Below, piece by piece: positions 37,801 through 52,800 of a stretch of 64,000 bases of DNA. Under the pieces are notes generated by a model. That model made no database searches. It was given only the letters and a program-made list of their open reading frames with translations, and had not been told where the DNA came from. Source of the stretch: Balanoglossus misakiensis (taxonomy: Eukaryota > Animalia > Hemichordata). The number at the start of each line of letters is the position of its first letter. Position 1 is the stretch's first letter. Location of the stretch: NCBI GenBank assembly GCA_040954595.2, contig CM082587.2, positions 124,001-188,000 of the forward strand, given 5' to 3'. The position numbers and the translations under genes were made by a program.

Positions 37801-40800
37801 TCCGGAAATGATGATCCGTTGACGTCCTTTTCGCTGTTGGACGACAGATTTCTTCTTCAACAAAGAACACCTTGTTGTCTTTGTTAGTTCTTTTTGATGA
37901 TAATTTCTACAATGTCGCTGTCGATTCCTGCCAAAATGTAATTATTCAGCAAACTGTCTTTGGTCTGTCTGGTTAATATGCCAGTCAGTATTCAGGGGCG
38001 GAGACTATCTGCTGTTTGTAGGCCAAGTTATATTCTTCGCGTTGTGATTTCAGCGTTTTTGTCATTCCACTTCGGGTGTGGGACTTCTAATTTCTACCAT
38101 CGGCAACGAAGAATCTGTTCGATTTTCAAAAGCAATTTATGTAGAAACCGCGTGATACCTTGTCCGTCTGTAGAAGCTTTCATCCAGAAAATAAAAATCA
38201 TCTGACCCGAGCTGTGAGATTTTCGGAGAAATTGTAGTAGCTACCTTCCTTCCGGTTGGCGGGATTTTTGCCCACGGGATAAAGAGAGGGCCACACAAAG
38301 AAACACTTTGTTTTCACAAAACGAGATACACTGTAATACTGGCATATTAACAGCATTGGGGTTCGCTTTTGTTGAGTCGGTTCAGTTATTGTCAATTTAG
38401 CCGTGTTCTTTTAGAGCTGTTCATTTGGATTCTGGCCACACATGGTCTAACACTCAGAAAAGTAAAACCCGGTCACATAACCCTATCATGCTAATCATAT
38501 GGGGTGGAAAATTCGAAATTTGGTGCTATTACCGTAATTACATGCTTTCAATATAGTCTTCTGTGACTATTAAAGAGTTTCTTGGCCGTCTATGATACTA
38601 ATGCACATGGATACCCGTCGTGATCCCCTTACAAATGAATCTGGCAGCCTTGCACGCCTGGTTGCATACCAGCAAGTACTCAGAGCATCCATGATGAAAG
38701 AGGGGATTATGTAATGATGCGTTTCTAATTAGATACTGTTGAAAAGACAGCCACTTAAAAATCTTTCAAGTTGAAGAAGGCCTTTAACACAGTGACATCA
38801 ACACAACGTTGAATTCACTTCAAGCTGTTAAACGACAACATGCAAGAACACATATGATACCGAAATGCATTACGATTAGTTGACTTGACAAATGATTTCA
38901 AGACCCATATACATATCAATAAAAGAACGGGCATTTGTCATATTATTTAAAGTGGAGACGAAAGGAAGGGATAGTGTATCATTCAGGCAATTTTGAAAAA
39001 TGGCCTCAGGGAGGTTTAAAGGGGGGTGCTTCAATGGAAGGCACGACTCTTTGAATGGCCGTGAAAAGTTTCCCTTATACTCATTTGAAACGTTTCTGAC
39101 TGAAATAAATAATCAACTATCTGGTTTCTATTTTATACAGAGTTTCCAGAAGATTTTTCTATCATTGCAACTCTGAAGCCCACGAAAGGCCTCGACTCAT
39201 ATTTACTTGTAGTTTACAATCGACTTGGCACGCCGCAGATTTCTCTGGAAATTGGTCAAAAGATCACTTTCACGTACGATGATCAAAAAGCTGAAAAATC
39301 TACACTTGAATTTGATGTCGACGTTGCTGACAATGAGTAAGTATAAACTAAAGCTGTCTACTATATACTTGCGTGGGTTGTCTACAAATATTGTCAAATT
39401 GCACTGATTAATGACATAAGTCTGGCGGGAACAGCTGACCTGTGAATGGTAGCCATGATGAGACAATATGGCTGAAATCTCGAACACCATGGATATAAAC
39501 CCTTCGCGAATTGCTGCCCCCACAGTTTGCCGACAAGGAGTAATATTGCTGAAGTATTTTTAAACACCTCTGGACAAACAGTCGGTTGAAAACCACAAGT
39601 TGTGTAAACAAATGATCATATTCGAGAGGCTGGTTGGCCTCCCTCAGATATTTTACAGTGTCCTATTATATTGCCTCTGGTCTCCTTTCTGGCATGCAGT
39701 ATCCACTAATTTCTCTTGTCCGAGGGAACAGCCAGATCGCAAGAAAATCTTGTCGAGATTTTGGTCATTCACTCATGTTCTGCCCCATTTCATCACCTTC
39801 AAAAGCAGTCTGTTTGTGTAGGAGTAAGGCAATCGGTTGTTCCTGTAAACAAAGCCACCTCAGCCAGTGGTTTTACGTTACAGACCAATAGTTGGAATGA
39901 GACACTTCACTGAAGTCTCCCAAGCAATGTCACTTTAACCAACCTCTTATTTGTTCGTCCGAGCACAATGCTGTTTTAGGTGAGGGTCGCGACTTGCAGT
40001 TGGTTGGTGGCAATTTCCGTTCATCATGCTTCATGCAGTCAATAAAGTGTTATTTATAAAGTTGCAGGGCGTTAGTTGCATGGCGTAGGCATACTGGGCA
40101 TAGAAGTACAATTATTTTAATAGTTTGACAATATATATGATACGGTCAGACTGAATATATATGACCACTGTTTTATGAGGTGTGAAAAGTATTTGACAAG
40201 ACCCATCTGCTACTTTTCAAACGATCTTTTTATTCTTTTTATTCACTGTATTAGTGGAGATACCCAACGTGTGGCTGTTAAAAAAACGTGTCGCTCAGTC
40301 CAGGTTAGGTTTGGAAACCCTATAGATGATTAAACTGCCTTCCGTCATATTTTAGCTAGAATCGAATGGATGTCCCTACCGGCCATCGTAATGGGGTGGG
40401 GGGTGGGGGGGGGGGGGTTAGAATCAGTCCAAGTAAAAAGAAAGTTGCAATGAAAGTGAATGCAAGAGCACGTGTGCAGAGATATGTGTGGCAGCTCAAC
40501 CAGTGTTGGTAGGAAGAGATCTTTATTGAAAGCGACATTTCAACAACACGCACAATTTGCCCCAATTCTGCCCAGCGCATTATGTGGCAGGAATGGGTCT
40601 AAGTGGGGGCCCGGGCACTTGAGGCCCCGGAGATTACCTGTAACTCGAGACTTGGCTGTTTCTATGGTCCATTTCGTTGCAGACAGGCTGTAACATGGAA
40701 AATTGTTTGAAGATACTAACGATATTGTTAAAGCACTTGTGAAGTTCCATTGACGCTATTCTCTCCAACCATTATATTCCGATCACATGCAAAAAGTCTC

Positions 40801-43800
40801 CTAGCCTGCCCGAAAGGTTTTAGGAACACCCTTTTAAAATGAGATCTTTGTCTGATCTTGGTAAAAATCTAAAATATTTTAACAGTGATGCATAAAGTTT
40901 TCTCAATTTTGTGTCTTTCCATCATTGAGAGGCACCATCCTGAGTCATGTGATCACACAGCCTGGTGGGTCCCACGGGTTTAAATTCAAGGATACCATTG
41001 TGTTTCAATTAGCTTATCAACCTGTTAGAATCTAGCGCTAAACACAAGCTCAACTGATGAAACATGTTTTTTTGTGCAAAAACGTATGTCAAGCAAAACT
41101 CAGTACCACTCTTGACAATTGTCTTTTGCTGAAATTGTTTTCAATGGCCACTTGTCGTCAACTATATTGGGGAGATATGTGCAGCACAAAAAATGGTGCT
41201 GTCAAATAAAATCACGTTTGTTTATGTTTGATCTACGTCACTAACTCACTCCGTTCAAGTTATTTTTTGTATTAATTTCCCACAGGTTGGGTTTACAACG
41301 AACGTTTCTAATAAAAATGGTATACTTTTCTCTCATTGCCTCCCGCCTTTGATCTTTCTTTGCCCTAAGCCAAATTCAATCCATTCCAACACTCTACAGG
41401 GACCGTTCTTGATCTCGCACTGTCTGCTCACGTAAGGCACTTTGTGACATTCAAATGACTATGCTAATTCTTGTACAATGTCACCCCGGCCAGCTTACAA
41501 GGACCCGCGTTGCATGATGGGTGTGATCCCTGGAGACGGACGTTTATTATTGTCCATCGTACACTTGCACCTTTAGGACGTGCTGTCAGCACTTCGCCAT
41601 CGATAATTGCTGCTATTACCTTGTACAACAACACTTGCCAGACCGCTGAGTGGAAACACCAGTAGTACATATCAGTTGACAAAACACTATGCTCTCTAGG
41701 TTCGATTACAGACTGAAAGCAGAGAAGCGTTTACAGGAAAGCGAGTTGTATTTCGGCAGCGGACCTTCGCATAGGGGAGAAGTAACCCTGAAAGCTGACC
41801 AACAGTCTGGGTGAAATGCCCGTGACACATTTACACATTTGCGGTAATAAAATAAGTACTAATCCAAGCACAAACCTCTATTGCTTGTTCACCGACACCG
41901 TTTTGCAAGTTTAGAATTGGCGGAATTCTTTCAATAGAAAACCGAAAAACAATAACTTCTTCGGACTACAAAGACACTTTTGTCTGATCGCCTTTCTTCC
42001 CGAGAAACGGGTCCCAGGGGGTTCGGTGGAAGATTGGCATAATCAGTAGACCCCGCCAATAAGATGGTTTGCCAACACATGCAAATACACAACCCTACTC
42101 AGTGCATAAACCTGGATTATTACGTTGGATTGCTAAATTGATATTTAAATCCAGGTTGTAATTACAGAACAAATGTTTAATTAGTAAGGAGGGATTGGGC
42201 TTGTGTGTAGATATAGGGGATTAAAAGGGGATTTTCAGTGTAATCGCTGTTGGATATTAAGTCCCATTACTGAATTAATACAAGTTATAAATATTTGGAA
42301 AATACTTAGTAACAGGAATGTGTTCATTTAGGGAGAGGGCAGTCAATCGAAAGGGGCATGGCATGGATTGATATGAAATATCACGTTCTTTTGGCAAATT
42401 TTCTTCTTAAGACTCAAAAATTAGATTAGCAGAGCCCTCGGGTGCCCTCGTTATGATGTGCCAAATGTATCATGAAATATCGAGATTGCTTTTGGGGTGA
42501 CGTTTGCTTCTCAGAAAACCTTTGTTGAAGTTTTTTATTTCCTAAATTATGAACATATCTAATGCTCGGATGCCCTTGTGGGTTTCCTGTGAAAATTGGT
42601 CATTATGAAAACAATATAGCGTATATATACCACACATGATGACAGCAACAATTCTGATCAAATACGAGCACGCGGTGTCGCTGATAATATTTTCGCCAAG
42701 AACAAGGGGAAGAAGCAACATAAACTCCTCGGACCTGGCAACTCGAAAATTTTATTTCATTGTTACTTGTAGTGGGTTCAGATCTGATTCATTGAAAAAT
42801 GAAAGGAATCGGTTTATCTATGGTCTAACACAACACGTGGCTGTACAAGTAGTGGGCTGCAGAATTGACGTACATTAGAGACCCGGTGACACAATAGCAG
42901 CTGCTCGTATAAACTGCACCGCCCTGGTCACTGTCTTCAAGAATTTTTATTAGGCAGTCACGGATATTTGTTTCAGAGTTTGACATCTCTTCACTTGACT
43001 GCTCTTGGATTTTGCGTCACGTTCAGTCAAACGCTGCAGAGAAGACAAACACAATACCACACACGAACTGGAACTGCCAGTAGGGTGTTCTATAGCATGT
43101 GTAGCCAACCAGTCTCTTTTGCACATCAATGAGATGACAACCACGACACGGTTGCACGTTGTCATGGCATGTGCCATTTTTCAGCCCCCACCCCCACACA
43201 ACATGTGTTTTTGTCTTCCCATTCCTACTCAGTAACTTGCTGTGAAGGAATGGGCAAATCAACAATGTCAAAGGGTATCATCAAAAGGGGTTTAACATTC
43301 ATATTATTGCTCTGTTGATATCACATTAACTTTCAGAGAACAAGTGAAAAAAAAACAGTTATTTTTACAAATACTGTGTCTTGTGATTTTGTCTACTTAT
43401 TCCAGTCATATGATAATTAGAGTGCTATGCGATTGTGACGGCGAACCCCTCGAGAGTTTCACATTCCTCCAGTGGAAGTTCTCTGAGGCGTCCTTTAAGA
43501 GTCGGGTACCGCGACGTCTGGCGTTCGCGGCTACTCTATATATTCTTATGCAAATAAACTTATCCCCTAGTCAATTAACAAATCGCCCATGTTACCATAT
43601 AACCATTACTGGGCCATACTAAACATTGTCTAAGGGACCACCCGCCTTCTAAAATATGCATCACATCTCCCCCAGACTACACAAAAAAAAATCATGATAA
43701 ACTGCAGCCTGTCATCCAGCTTAGACAGCAGTTTATATAATACGTTTACTTTTCTGTACAACACAAGTTTTGCAGCTAACATCCCCAGATAAAGAGAATC

Positions 43801-46800
43801 AACTCTTTTGTTTGGATATATCACACAAGAGAGGTGCCGAATTACTTATAAAAACAGATTGTCTTCAGTTTGCTTACAAGGTATTTAGTTGTTGTATCTG
43901 CCCAACTGTAAGTTCAGTCTCTGTTGACATATCATCAACACGATTTCCCAGACTTCACTTGTCAAGAGACAATAATTATCTGCCCTATCTTCTTAATGAA
44001 TTTTCGTGCTTTCTTATAAAGTTAAGACCTATCAACCCACACCAAGAGGCAGTTATGTGTAAAATTCTAAAATAATCCCTTGATGTAAATCATTGGCCAA
44101 TTGCTTTGCAACCGCTTTTTCTGGGCTCACGCGACGATATTCATGATTGGCAGTGATCACCATGGTGACAACTAGCAGAGTGTAGGCACTCCTGCCACCG
44201 ATGGTACTGGAACAATGGAAAAGCTAGCTACCAGCTCCCGTTGATCGACAGTTTCGGGTTAATTGTCAAATCAACCTAGTTCATGAATTCGTCATGCATT
44301 GAATATCAAACAATTTTCGAAATTTCTTGATATGATTTACAATAGGTCTCCCTCGAGTTACAATTTGATAGTAACCATGGTTAACATAGATCTATAATCT
44401 CTGCAATTTGACTTAAAAGTGCACTTAAATAAAAGTGCACTTGACTGCGAAACGCTAGGAGCCTATCCAAGCTTCAGTATACAGTATACACATGATGACT
44501 GACAATGAGGGCAACAGTGTTATTTTGATGTCCGAGGGCGCTGCTGGTCACAACTAAAACAGTTTGTTTTGGTGTGACTGGCAGTCCTGAGGTCATCAAA
44601 AATACACTGTTGCCCGAATATGTCAGTCATCATGAGTTTTGTAACACACCAAACACGGAATTATATCAAGACGGGGCAACAGTACCGGGCAGAAACTGAT
44701 CGAAATGATGCCCTAAGGAACAGTTCAAAATGATTAAGGTCATGTGACGGCGTATTGACGAATCACGATCGAGGGTTCGCTGCATGGTGTGTTACAATCA
44801 AGCCTGTGTTTATATAGTGGCCACCTCTACATGGTGGACACTTGTTTATAGTGGCCACTATGTTACAGTCCCTGTGCACCGACATGTGCATTAATTGACC
44901 TGTCTCTAAAGTCCATCTGTGCCTTAACTGACCGCTATAGACAGACTTGGCTGAGGCAAATTCGAATAGCCGTCATGACCCAGCCAAGTGAAGGAAACTA
45001 CAACAGGCAAGTTACGTGGATTGAAGGTCAAAACTATAGGCAAAATGCTCATAGGCACCATGTGTGGTGTAATACAATACTCTGTAAGACAGAGAAGGAT
45101 TAGTTGTATATCAAGCGGTTAGACACTTGAGTGGAAAGTGTCACTCAAACAAAAAGTCAACAAACTAAAACAAACGAAACTCCCCAAAACAAAACAAAAC
45201 AAAAGGAACGAAAACTCTTCGCCAATCAGAAAAAGTCACACATCCAAAAAAAACATATATGTAGGTCTAAGCTTTCCCTTTCACTATACTTTACGTCACA
45301 CGTCCGAGTCCAATGGCCGCTTTGACTGAGTTGTGATGGTTGCTCACCACTTGGTGCACGTGTGTAGAACGCGGCATTGGAAATGGGGATTTCAAAGTAA
45401 ATTGCTCTGCGTTAAAGGGAATTGTGTGCTGTTACCAAACAGGTAACAACACTGAGCGAGCCCTGCGACGCAGAGCTGACATGAATATAGAGATGTTACA
45501 AAAGTGCGCGCTCAAAGTTCATCACAAACTTAATAGAATTCAAGAAATTTCATCACGCCTGGTTGAGCTTTATGCATGACCAGTCTGAAGTTGATCGTGA
45601 GGAAATGAACTCGACCTGACCTGGCCCGAGGTGAGTGTTTGCCGCTGCATGGCGGGAAGGTTGGGTTGAGTTGACATTGCCAGAGCGTGTGTGGTATGCG
45701 AGTATCTCGCCACGTTTGGCATTTGTGAATTTCAGCTGTCCCCCCCCCCCCCCCACGATGAGCGCTGTTGTTGAAAGACTGAGTTTTTTTCGCAAGCGGG
45801 AACGACTGAACGAACTCACAATCTGTGTACATTCATTGCTACAGATGAAGGATGTACACGCAGAAAACTGCGCGCACCCGTCTTTTTCCCATAGGATTAC
45901 ATTGAAAATTGCTCGAAAACAAACTTCTAATATTGTCATTTTTACGAAATTTTACATTGTCATAGCTCAGGCCAGTAAATATAAATCCATTGGTCAAATA
46001 AATATAGGGGTCACCACGCTCTTTTTTTTAGATAAATTGCGTTAAAAATGTTGCTCATAGACAAACCATTGGTGAAAAATGCTGAGGCAGTAAATTTTTT
46101 TCTTTTATCAACTATATTCATAGCTCCGTATTTCATAAACAAGCACGGTGACCCCTGTAATTTATTACGGATTTTCATTATACATACACAGGAGAATCCG
46201 GAACATATTTATAAATAATAATAATATTTCTTTATTTCAGGATATAAAAATCCCTTAGACTTGACAGAAATATAAAAAAGAAGACACCATATAAAAAAAA
46301 TACTAAAAAAAACACGGTTAAAAATACATCAGTTGTCTGTACATTTTTTAAGTTTTTGAGTAGGATAGAGCATCCGATCTAAAAACCGTGGAGACCAGAA
46401 CATTGGTGCTATTATTAACACGCTCATAGAAATTAAACATAGCTTTCCGTCTAAGGGCTTCAAAAGTTGGTATTCTGTTGCAGACAAAGAGGTTGGTTGT
46501 AGAAATTGTCCTTTGACTGCCAAGATTACAGGAAACATACTGTAACGGAAATTATATCGGACTGAGGTCCAAAAAATTGTCAAGCCTTAGTGAATGACGA
46601 ACCTTGGACCAAACAACAACTCAACGGTAGCGTTAAACGTAGCACACCAGACAAAAAAAATCGATAACGCTATTCAACAATTTAGCAACAATGTATAAGA
46701 ACAATAGAAGCAACACCCAAGGAAAGTCTACAGCTGCAAAACGCAGACTGAACGAACAAGCAGCACAAATCTTTTCCCGCAATGCCACCAATGTAAACGG

Positions 46801-49800
46801 AAATTATGTCGGACTGAGGTCCCCAAAATTGTCAAGCCTTAGTGAATGAGGAACCTTGGACCAAACAGCCAACTCAACGGTAGCGTAAACGTAGCACGAC
46901 CGAGCCTTGACGGCGTAGACCGGTCCGTTACAAGTCCTGGTTCGATTTACCTTGCCCACGGCAGAACGTGCGCTATGTGCTGGAAAATGCAGTATAAACT
47001 GCCAACCGACCGACCTGAGCGTTGCGCTCACACAAATACCAAGAAAAACCTCGGAATTACGATCCGTAGACAACTAAACCTCTCAGAGATTACAGAAAAG
47101 TGTTCCCACAAAACGTGGAGAAAGGTTTGAACGAAAATATAAGAAAGATAGAGGTAAAGTACGAATTCAGATCTCTACACACGAGAGCACGAAGCTCACA
47201 GTTCAACCGCCATGTCTCGTGTGCTTCTGAATGGCGAGGGGAGTCACTATATATACAAGCAACAAGCCCACGTGATACAAGCTCCGCCCCCAATTGTGGA
47301 AAATTGACAGTTTCTCCTGCTATGGGTTTCTCAGTCTGATAATCAGGAAAAAGTCGCATTTCTTGAGATACGAGTCTTGTGTGCGGCGCATTGACCTAGC
47401 AATTCCGTGACAATACGTACACAGACGGATGTTACTTGCTAGTATCCCCAGAGGGCGCTACATTACGATATATATCAAATAAAGGTAGACAAAAAGGGAA
47501 ACTTGAAAATCTGAAAAAATGGCTGATTCTGACAAAGTGAAAGAGAAAAGCTTGCCCCGAAGAATCAATGCACAAGGCGTAGAATTTTTATCGAGTTCTT
47601 TACCAAATTGTTCCAATGATGTACATGAATTATGTTACAACGGGAGCATAACGATTATGTTCAAACAGGGACATGTCTGTTATGTTCGATGATTGATTAA
47701 ACCCAAACAATTTCTTTTCTTTGCAGATGGCATAGAATAGCGCTTATTGTAAAGGGGAACACATTGAGCGTGTTGGCAGATTGCTCATTCAATCAATCTA
47801 AAATACTGGATCGAAAGGTTGATGTCACACTTGATACAGCTGGCATTATTGTAGTTGGAAGACAACTTCTTCGACAAGGGTCATTTGAGGTAAGTTGTTA
47901 CCTATATCTGTTATGTCACTGATATTAATATACCCCAAATATATTTTGCAAAAAGGAAGTTGTCCTCAGATACAAACTGCTGTGAAAACATATGTGCAAA
48001 AAAAGTATGAACTGAAGGCTACAGAATAAGTAACTGTTCATAGTCAAAATGCAGTTTGACTATTTTGATTTTGTGTTTGAGTAAATATTTTGAACAAAAC
48101 TCTTCTCGTGGGTTTTCCAAAAACCTACTCTAACGTAGCATTCGACCAGCCATTTCTATGTCATGTTTGCACAACAGTCATTAAGATAAGTAATACTGTA
48201 GAATGATTATGCTCCCATATGTTTTTAAAAATCGCATAAGAGCGTGAGTTGGAACAATATTGTTTTGAACTAAAGCACAGTCGTCTTTGGTCGAGTCGTT
48301 TAGTTCAAAAGGTCAAACTACTCAAGGAGTGGGGTCACTGTCATTTAACATCGATTGAGTTCGTTTTTCTTTTTTTTTCGTGAACTGTCTGACCTAAACT
48401 TGAATTATCGGTTCCCCATGATGACGTCATGTAATGTTGCATTATCGGAAGAAAGCAATCGGCCACCATAGCAACTGGGGTGGGCAATCCATGAAAAACT
48501 GAAATGTAAATTGTCTTGTCATGTGGCACGGTGAAAATCAATGTTGAATAAACAAAACTGATCAGCTGCTTAGAATGTTTTAATTGGAGTATATTCGAAT
48601 CCCTTTCAAGTCACAAACGTTTTATCGTGGGAGGGAAACACCCAGCAGGTTCTAGGTCAACGTTACAAGACTTGTATATATTATAATTAGGTGACGTGCA
48701 GTCCTGGTTGTGCTGATGTACTTTCTGAATCAAGCTCATGACCTAGACTCAATGGCGATATCACATAGATAAGGACTCCTATTCGAACACTAAATCACTC
48801 TAAATATACTCAATCTGGAAGTAGGTCAGGTACATGAGAAATTATCAGGATATTATCAGACATATACCAAAAATGACAGAACATACTTGTATTACAGACA
48901 ATTCGCGAACGACGTTCGATTTTCATAGATTCTACATAATGGTAAGCAATAATCCTCAGTTAAACAAAGCAAGGGATCACATATGTCAAGCAACGTAAGC
49001 ATTACTCATAAAGTGACGTGTATCTTTCTTTTTTGGCCATTCATTGCGTCATTCAGATTCTCGGTGGTGAGGCCACCCTGTCTTCTTTGTAAGATCAGGT
49101 GGTCAAGTTGACGCCACGACGCCATTTGGCCTCATGAACCAGTAGGTGCTGACACATGTCCAGTGTTATTGGCGACAGCGAATGGCAAGGCATTCCTTAA
49201 TGGCACCACAGGCATTCCAGAAATTAAATCGGGCAAAAAGTGTACTCTGTCAAGGCCAAAATGGATTTGGGTATGCCTTCACGAAATTGCAATGAAGTGA
49301 GCGTACCTGTCAACGTTCATGCCAGCGCAAGACACTCACAGAAATGCGCTGTACCCCCCATAGCATCTTACTTATGCAGGATCCCATCACCTGCACACAA
49401 TTCGGAAAACTTTGAGTTTCCTTTAAGATATTACCACCATGCGTTTTACCTCATTACGCGTCATTGTAATACGTATTGAATGTTTTCCCAATGTCTCGTT
49501 TCTTACCTCAGAAATTATACAAATGCCATTAAAAACCAGATGAAGAGAAATGTGACTTTGATTTATTTTTTTCGCATTTTTTCCAGGGTGCCATTCAACA
49601 ATTGATCTTTTCGCCGCGATACTACGATGCGTATGATTATTGCTCCTACTACACTCCTGATTGTGATGTACCACTTCCTGCTTTCCCGCCCAACCAAGAG
49701 GCCGAAGTAGAAGAGGGGTCAACTCCAGATGGTGTAAGTCAAGCATCTAGAATTTTTGAAATATTAATAAATGTGTTATGAAGTCTCTGCTTTTCTTGTT

Positions 49801-52800
49801 AGTTCATTCTTTCATTTATTTTCCACGGTTATGTATTGTTTCAAGGTTGGACACATGTAACACGAACAAAACAAGAGACACCATCAGCGTTTTACCGTCT
49901 GAATAGAAATACTGGTATACTGCATATGCAGTGCGTTGGCCATCGAGAAGTTACATTGTCATTAGTCAGTCTAAGCCAGGGAGACATCATACATTTACAC
50001 GGCGGGAAGATACTGTCGTCTGACATCAATGCAACTTTCCAGTTCTATTCTCCATTCCATAAGTTGCACTTAACGCAAAGGCAAAAACTGAAGAAAAGTT
50101 TTTTTTTCATATATCGTTTAAACTTTGGGCTACACTGTGTCATGGAAGCAGGGCTCATGTCCATTCCAGAAACTAAGAAATTAAAACAGTTGTATACACT
50201 TTGCATATTACACGCCTTCACTAAAGTGATATATCATTTCCTTTTACTACAGCCTGGACCAGATGATGGTGAGGACGAAGGCAAACCTGGACCCGATACG
50301 GTAATACATCATTGCTTCTTAAAACGTTACAATACAGAGAATCCTACGATGTCTCTGAGAAACGTCATAAAGAAATCAACAGCCGTCATTAGACTTTCAG
50401 CTGGATTAAACTTACACAGTAGCAAAACTCGTGTATTATTATAGCTATATGTATTGGTTGTCTTTTGTTGAAGTTTTCAGATAAATCGTGAACTTTTGTG
50501 GTTACCTCAGGTCTCGTATCGTAAAGCGAGAGTTAAACTGATTTGTTATTTTAATTGAGAACCAACTGCTCTTTCCCCTTTCTACTTTAATATATATTGT
50601 ACGAGCGCAATATTTGCAACTTAACGTTGTGTTAGAAGCTGTAATGACCAAATATAAACATGTATGCAATGTCATCCTCTTTTTTAGGGTGGCAATGGTC
50701 CAAAGGGCCAAAAGGGCGAACCAGCTGTTTTAGAACCGGTACGTGTCGTTTTGTGGTGAAATTTTGCATGGAATGCAATGTACTAAATTTCTGTCTGTGA
50801 CTGACATAGTCATCTGTTCTCCCAAACCCAGTGTCTCTCGTGACTAATGTAGTTAGTTTACTAAATGTTCTAATTTTAATGGCAATCTATTAAACTCCCG
50901 TCTCCTTTTCCTCGTCTGACTGTCTGACTATTTCTTATCCAACCATATTCTTATTGTAGAGTTATTTTGAAAATTCTGTTGAGGTCACCTGAGGCGTTAG
51001 CATTTGATTCGTGTGAAGTGTATGGACGGGCCTCATTTTAAAAACGTTTTCACGCTCTGTTTCTACGAGTTAAATTCTAAATACTCATATTCAGCGACAC
51101 TATAGATTTAATGGAAGTATTTGAAGCAGGCATGTTAGCAGAGTAATCATGGATCTGATAAAATCATTGGCGATGGCAGACACTTGTCTCTCCTACGGCC
51201 TACAACACGAATTTACCGTGTTTGTAAATTCACAAAAGAAATACCGAGACTGCTTAGGAATTTGATGCTTTGGGCACGTTGTAACCGTGCATGTTGATAA
51301 TTAAGAGACAGTCTTTCCAGAAGAAAACATCAACGTATTTTTTTCGGACATTCCAAATGCTTGTTGTTGCTAAGGTGACAGTGGTCTTCAAACACAAACA
51401 AATGGGAATTTCTGTTGTAATGAAAAATCAACGCCTAAAGCAAAGAAACTGTATCCATGAATACTTGAATGCCATGTTTAGTTCAGTAGAGTTCTACCTT
51501 TAGGATTGCAACTTGGTGGGTGTGTGCCCACCGTCGTCGCTGGCCAAACTGTTATTTCAGGCAAAGGGGTGACTATACATGGGTCAACATGCGCAAGCCG
51601 CGTGGATTGCAGGATGCATGTCTCCATTATATAAAATTTTGGGGTGTTGAAGATACTTGACTCTTTTCGATGAGTTTACAGTCTATCAGTCAGCCAAAAG
51701 CCAACAGTTTTTAAGTGTTGTAAATGACAATTTCTTTCTTAATTCAGAAACTTCAATCAAAGTGTGTGAACTATGATAACCCGGTGTATCCCAAATCAGA
51801 ACCAAACCTGAGAATAAACTGTCCAGTGACAGATTGTGTGAATTTATGTCATCGATGACTCCGTCGGGGAATGTAGATTGGGAAATCATAGCTGCTATCT
51901 GCGCGTCGTCGAACGGACAATTTTGTTCTAGTGTATTTGAGATCACGTGAAGAGGACATTTCATGGCGAGTTGCTTGGAATACCAATGTAAAACGTCTTC
52001 TCTTTATAAGAAAATATCGGTACTTAGTATATAGAGAACTGCTTTACTGTTGCTAACGTGTTTTTTTTAATTTGTAGGGTGTATTTATTCCTGGCCCACC
52101 AGGACCACAAGGTCATCCGGTAAGTCACGTCAGTTGAACCAAAAGTTGAAAAGTTATGGCGCCGAATTACCCCCGACTGTCGTTTTCTTGTCAGATGTCA
52201 GATGCATTTACATGTAGTTGAACAAGTGACTGTTTTTGTCTGGCATGATAACATGTGTTGAATCTGCTGCATATATCTCAATGAATCTGAAGTCACATTT
52301 GCGCGTGTACTATAGTGTGGCATATACCGCCTACTCTTTATCTAGATAATTTCGGCCAGTTGGAGACATACTAGTTTGGGTTGTATTGAATGGTTGGTAT
52401 TATAGTAAGCACCACCAACGGTGGTAACATGACAAAAAGTACTTATTCGTTTTATTTTCGAAGATTACAATCACCAAATTAAGTGTGCTAGTATTATTAT
52501 ATTTTTATTTAGTATGATGTGAATTATGGAAAAAGTGAAAACTGTGAATAATTGCATTACGCATTATTTCGCTATCTTTATGTCATTATTAATCACAAAA
52601 TATTCCCAATTTGTACCGACCAGGGTCCTTCGGGTCCGATGGGCTATGATGGACCACCAGGACCTCTAGGAGAGAAAGGACAAAAGGTCAGTTTCACTGT
52701 ATGTTTGTACGATCGAATTGCATGTGTTATTGTGTTTTGTTTGTTTACTTGTTCGTTTGTGTGTTTGTTCGTTTGGTTGTGTGTGTGTGTTTGTTTCCAA

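Noticed and set aside
46003-46159. Inverted repeat ggggtcaccacgct / agcacggtgacccc
   Set aside because: Real but short; probably internal to an old DNA transposon whose ends I could not define.
46544-46897. CRISPR-like repeat-spacer array
   Set aside because: Only two ~100-bp copies, eukaryotic context, no cas genes.
46213-47215. LINE remnant (AATAAA plus (TAT)n tail on minus, ATGGCGG-type 5' end)
   Set aside because: No RT or endonuclease residues and no TSD; the LTR model explains the duplication and termini better. 46213-46540 may still be a separate LINE tail.
23472-47726. Nested protein-coding gene in the large collagen introns (e.g. ORFs at 24174, 29977, 35776, 37682, 41464)
   Set aside because: No recognisable domain or consistent exon chain; a degraded pseudogene cannot be excluded without a translated search.
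49836-50444. Longest ORF in the track (202 aa)
   Set aside because: Intron-like composition; only the 48-bp exon 6 inside it is supported by splice sites.
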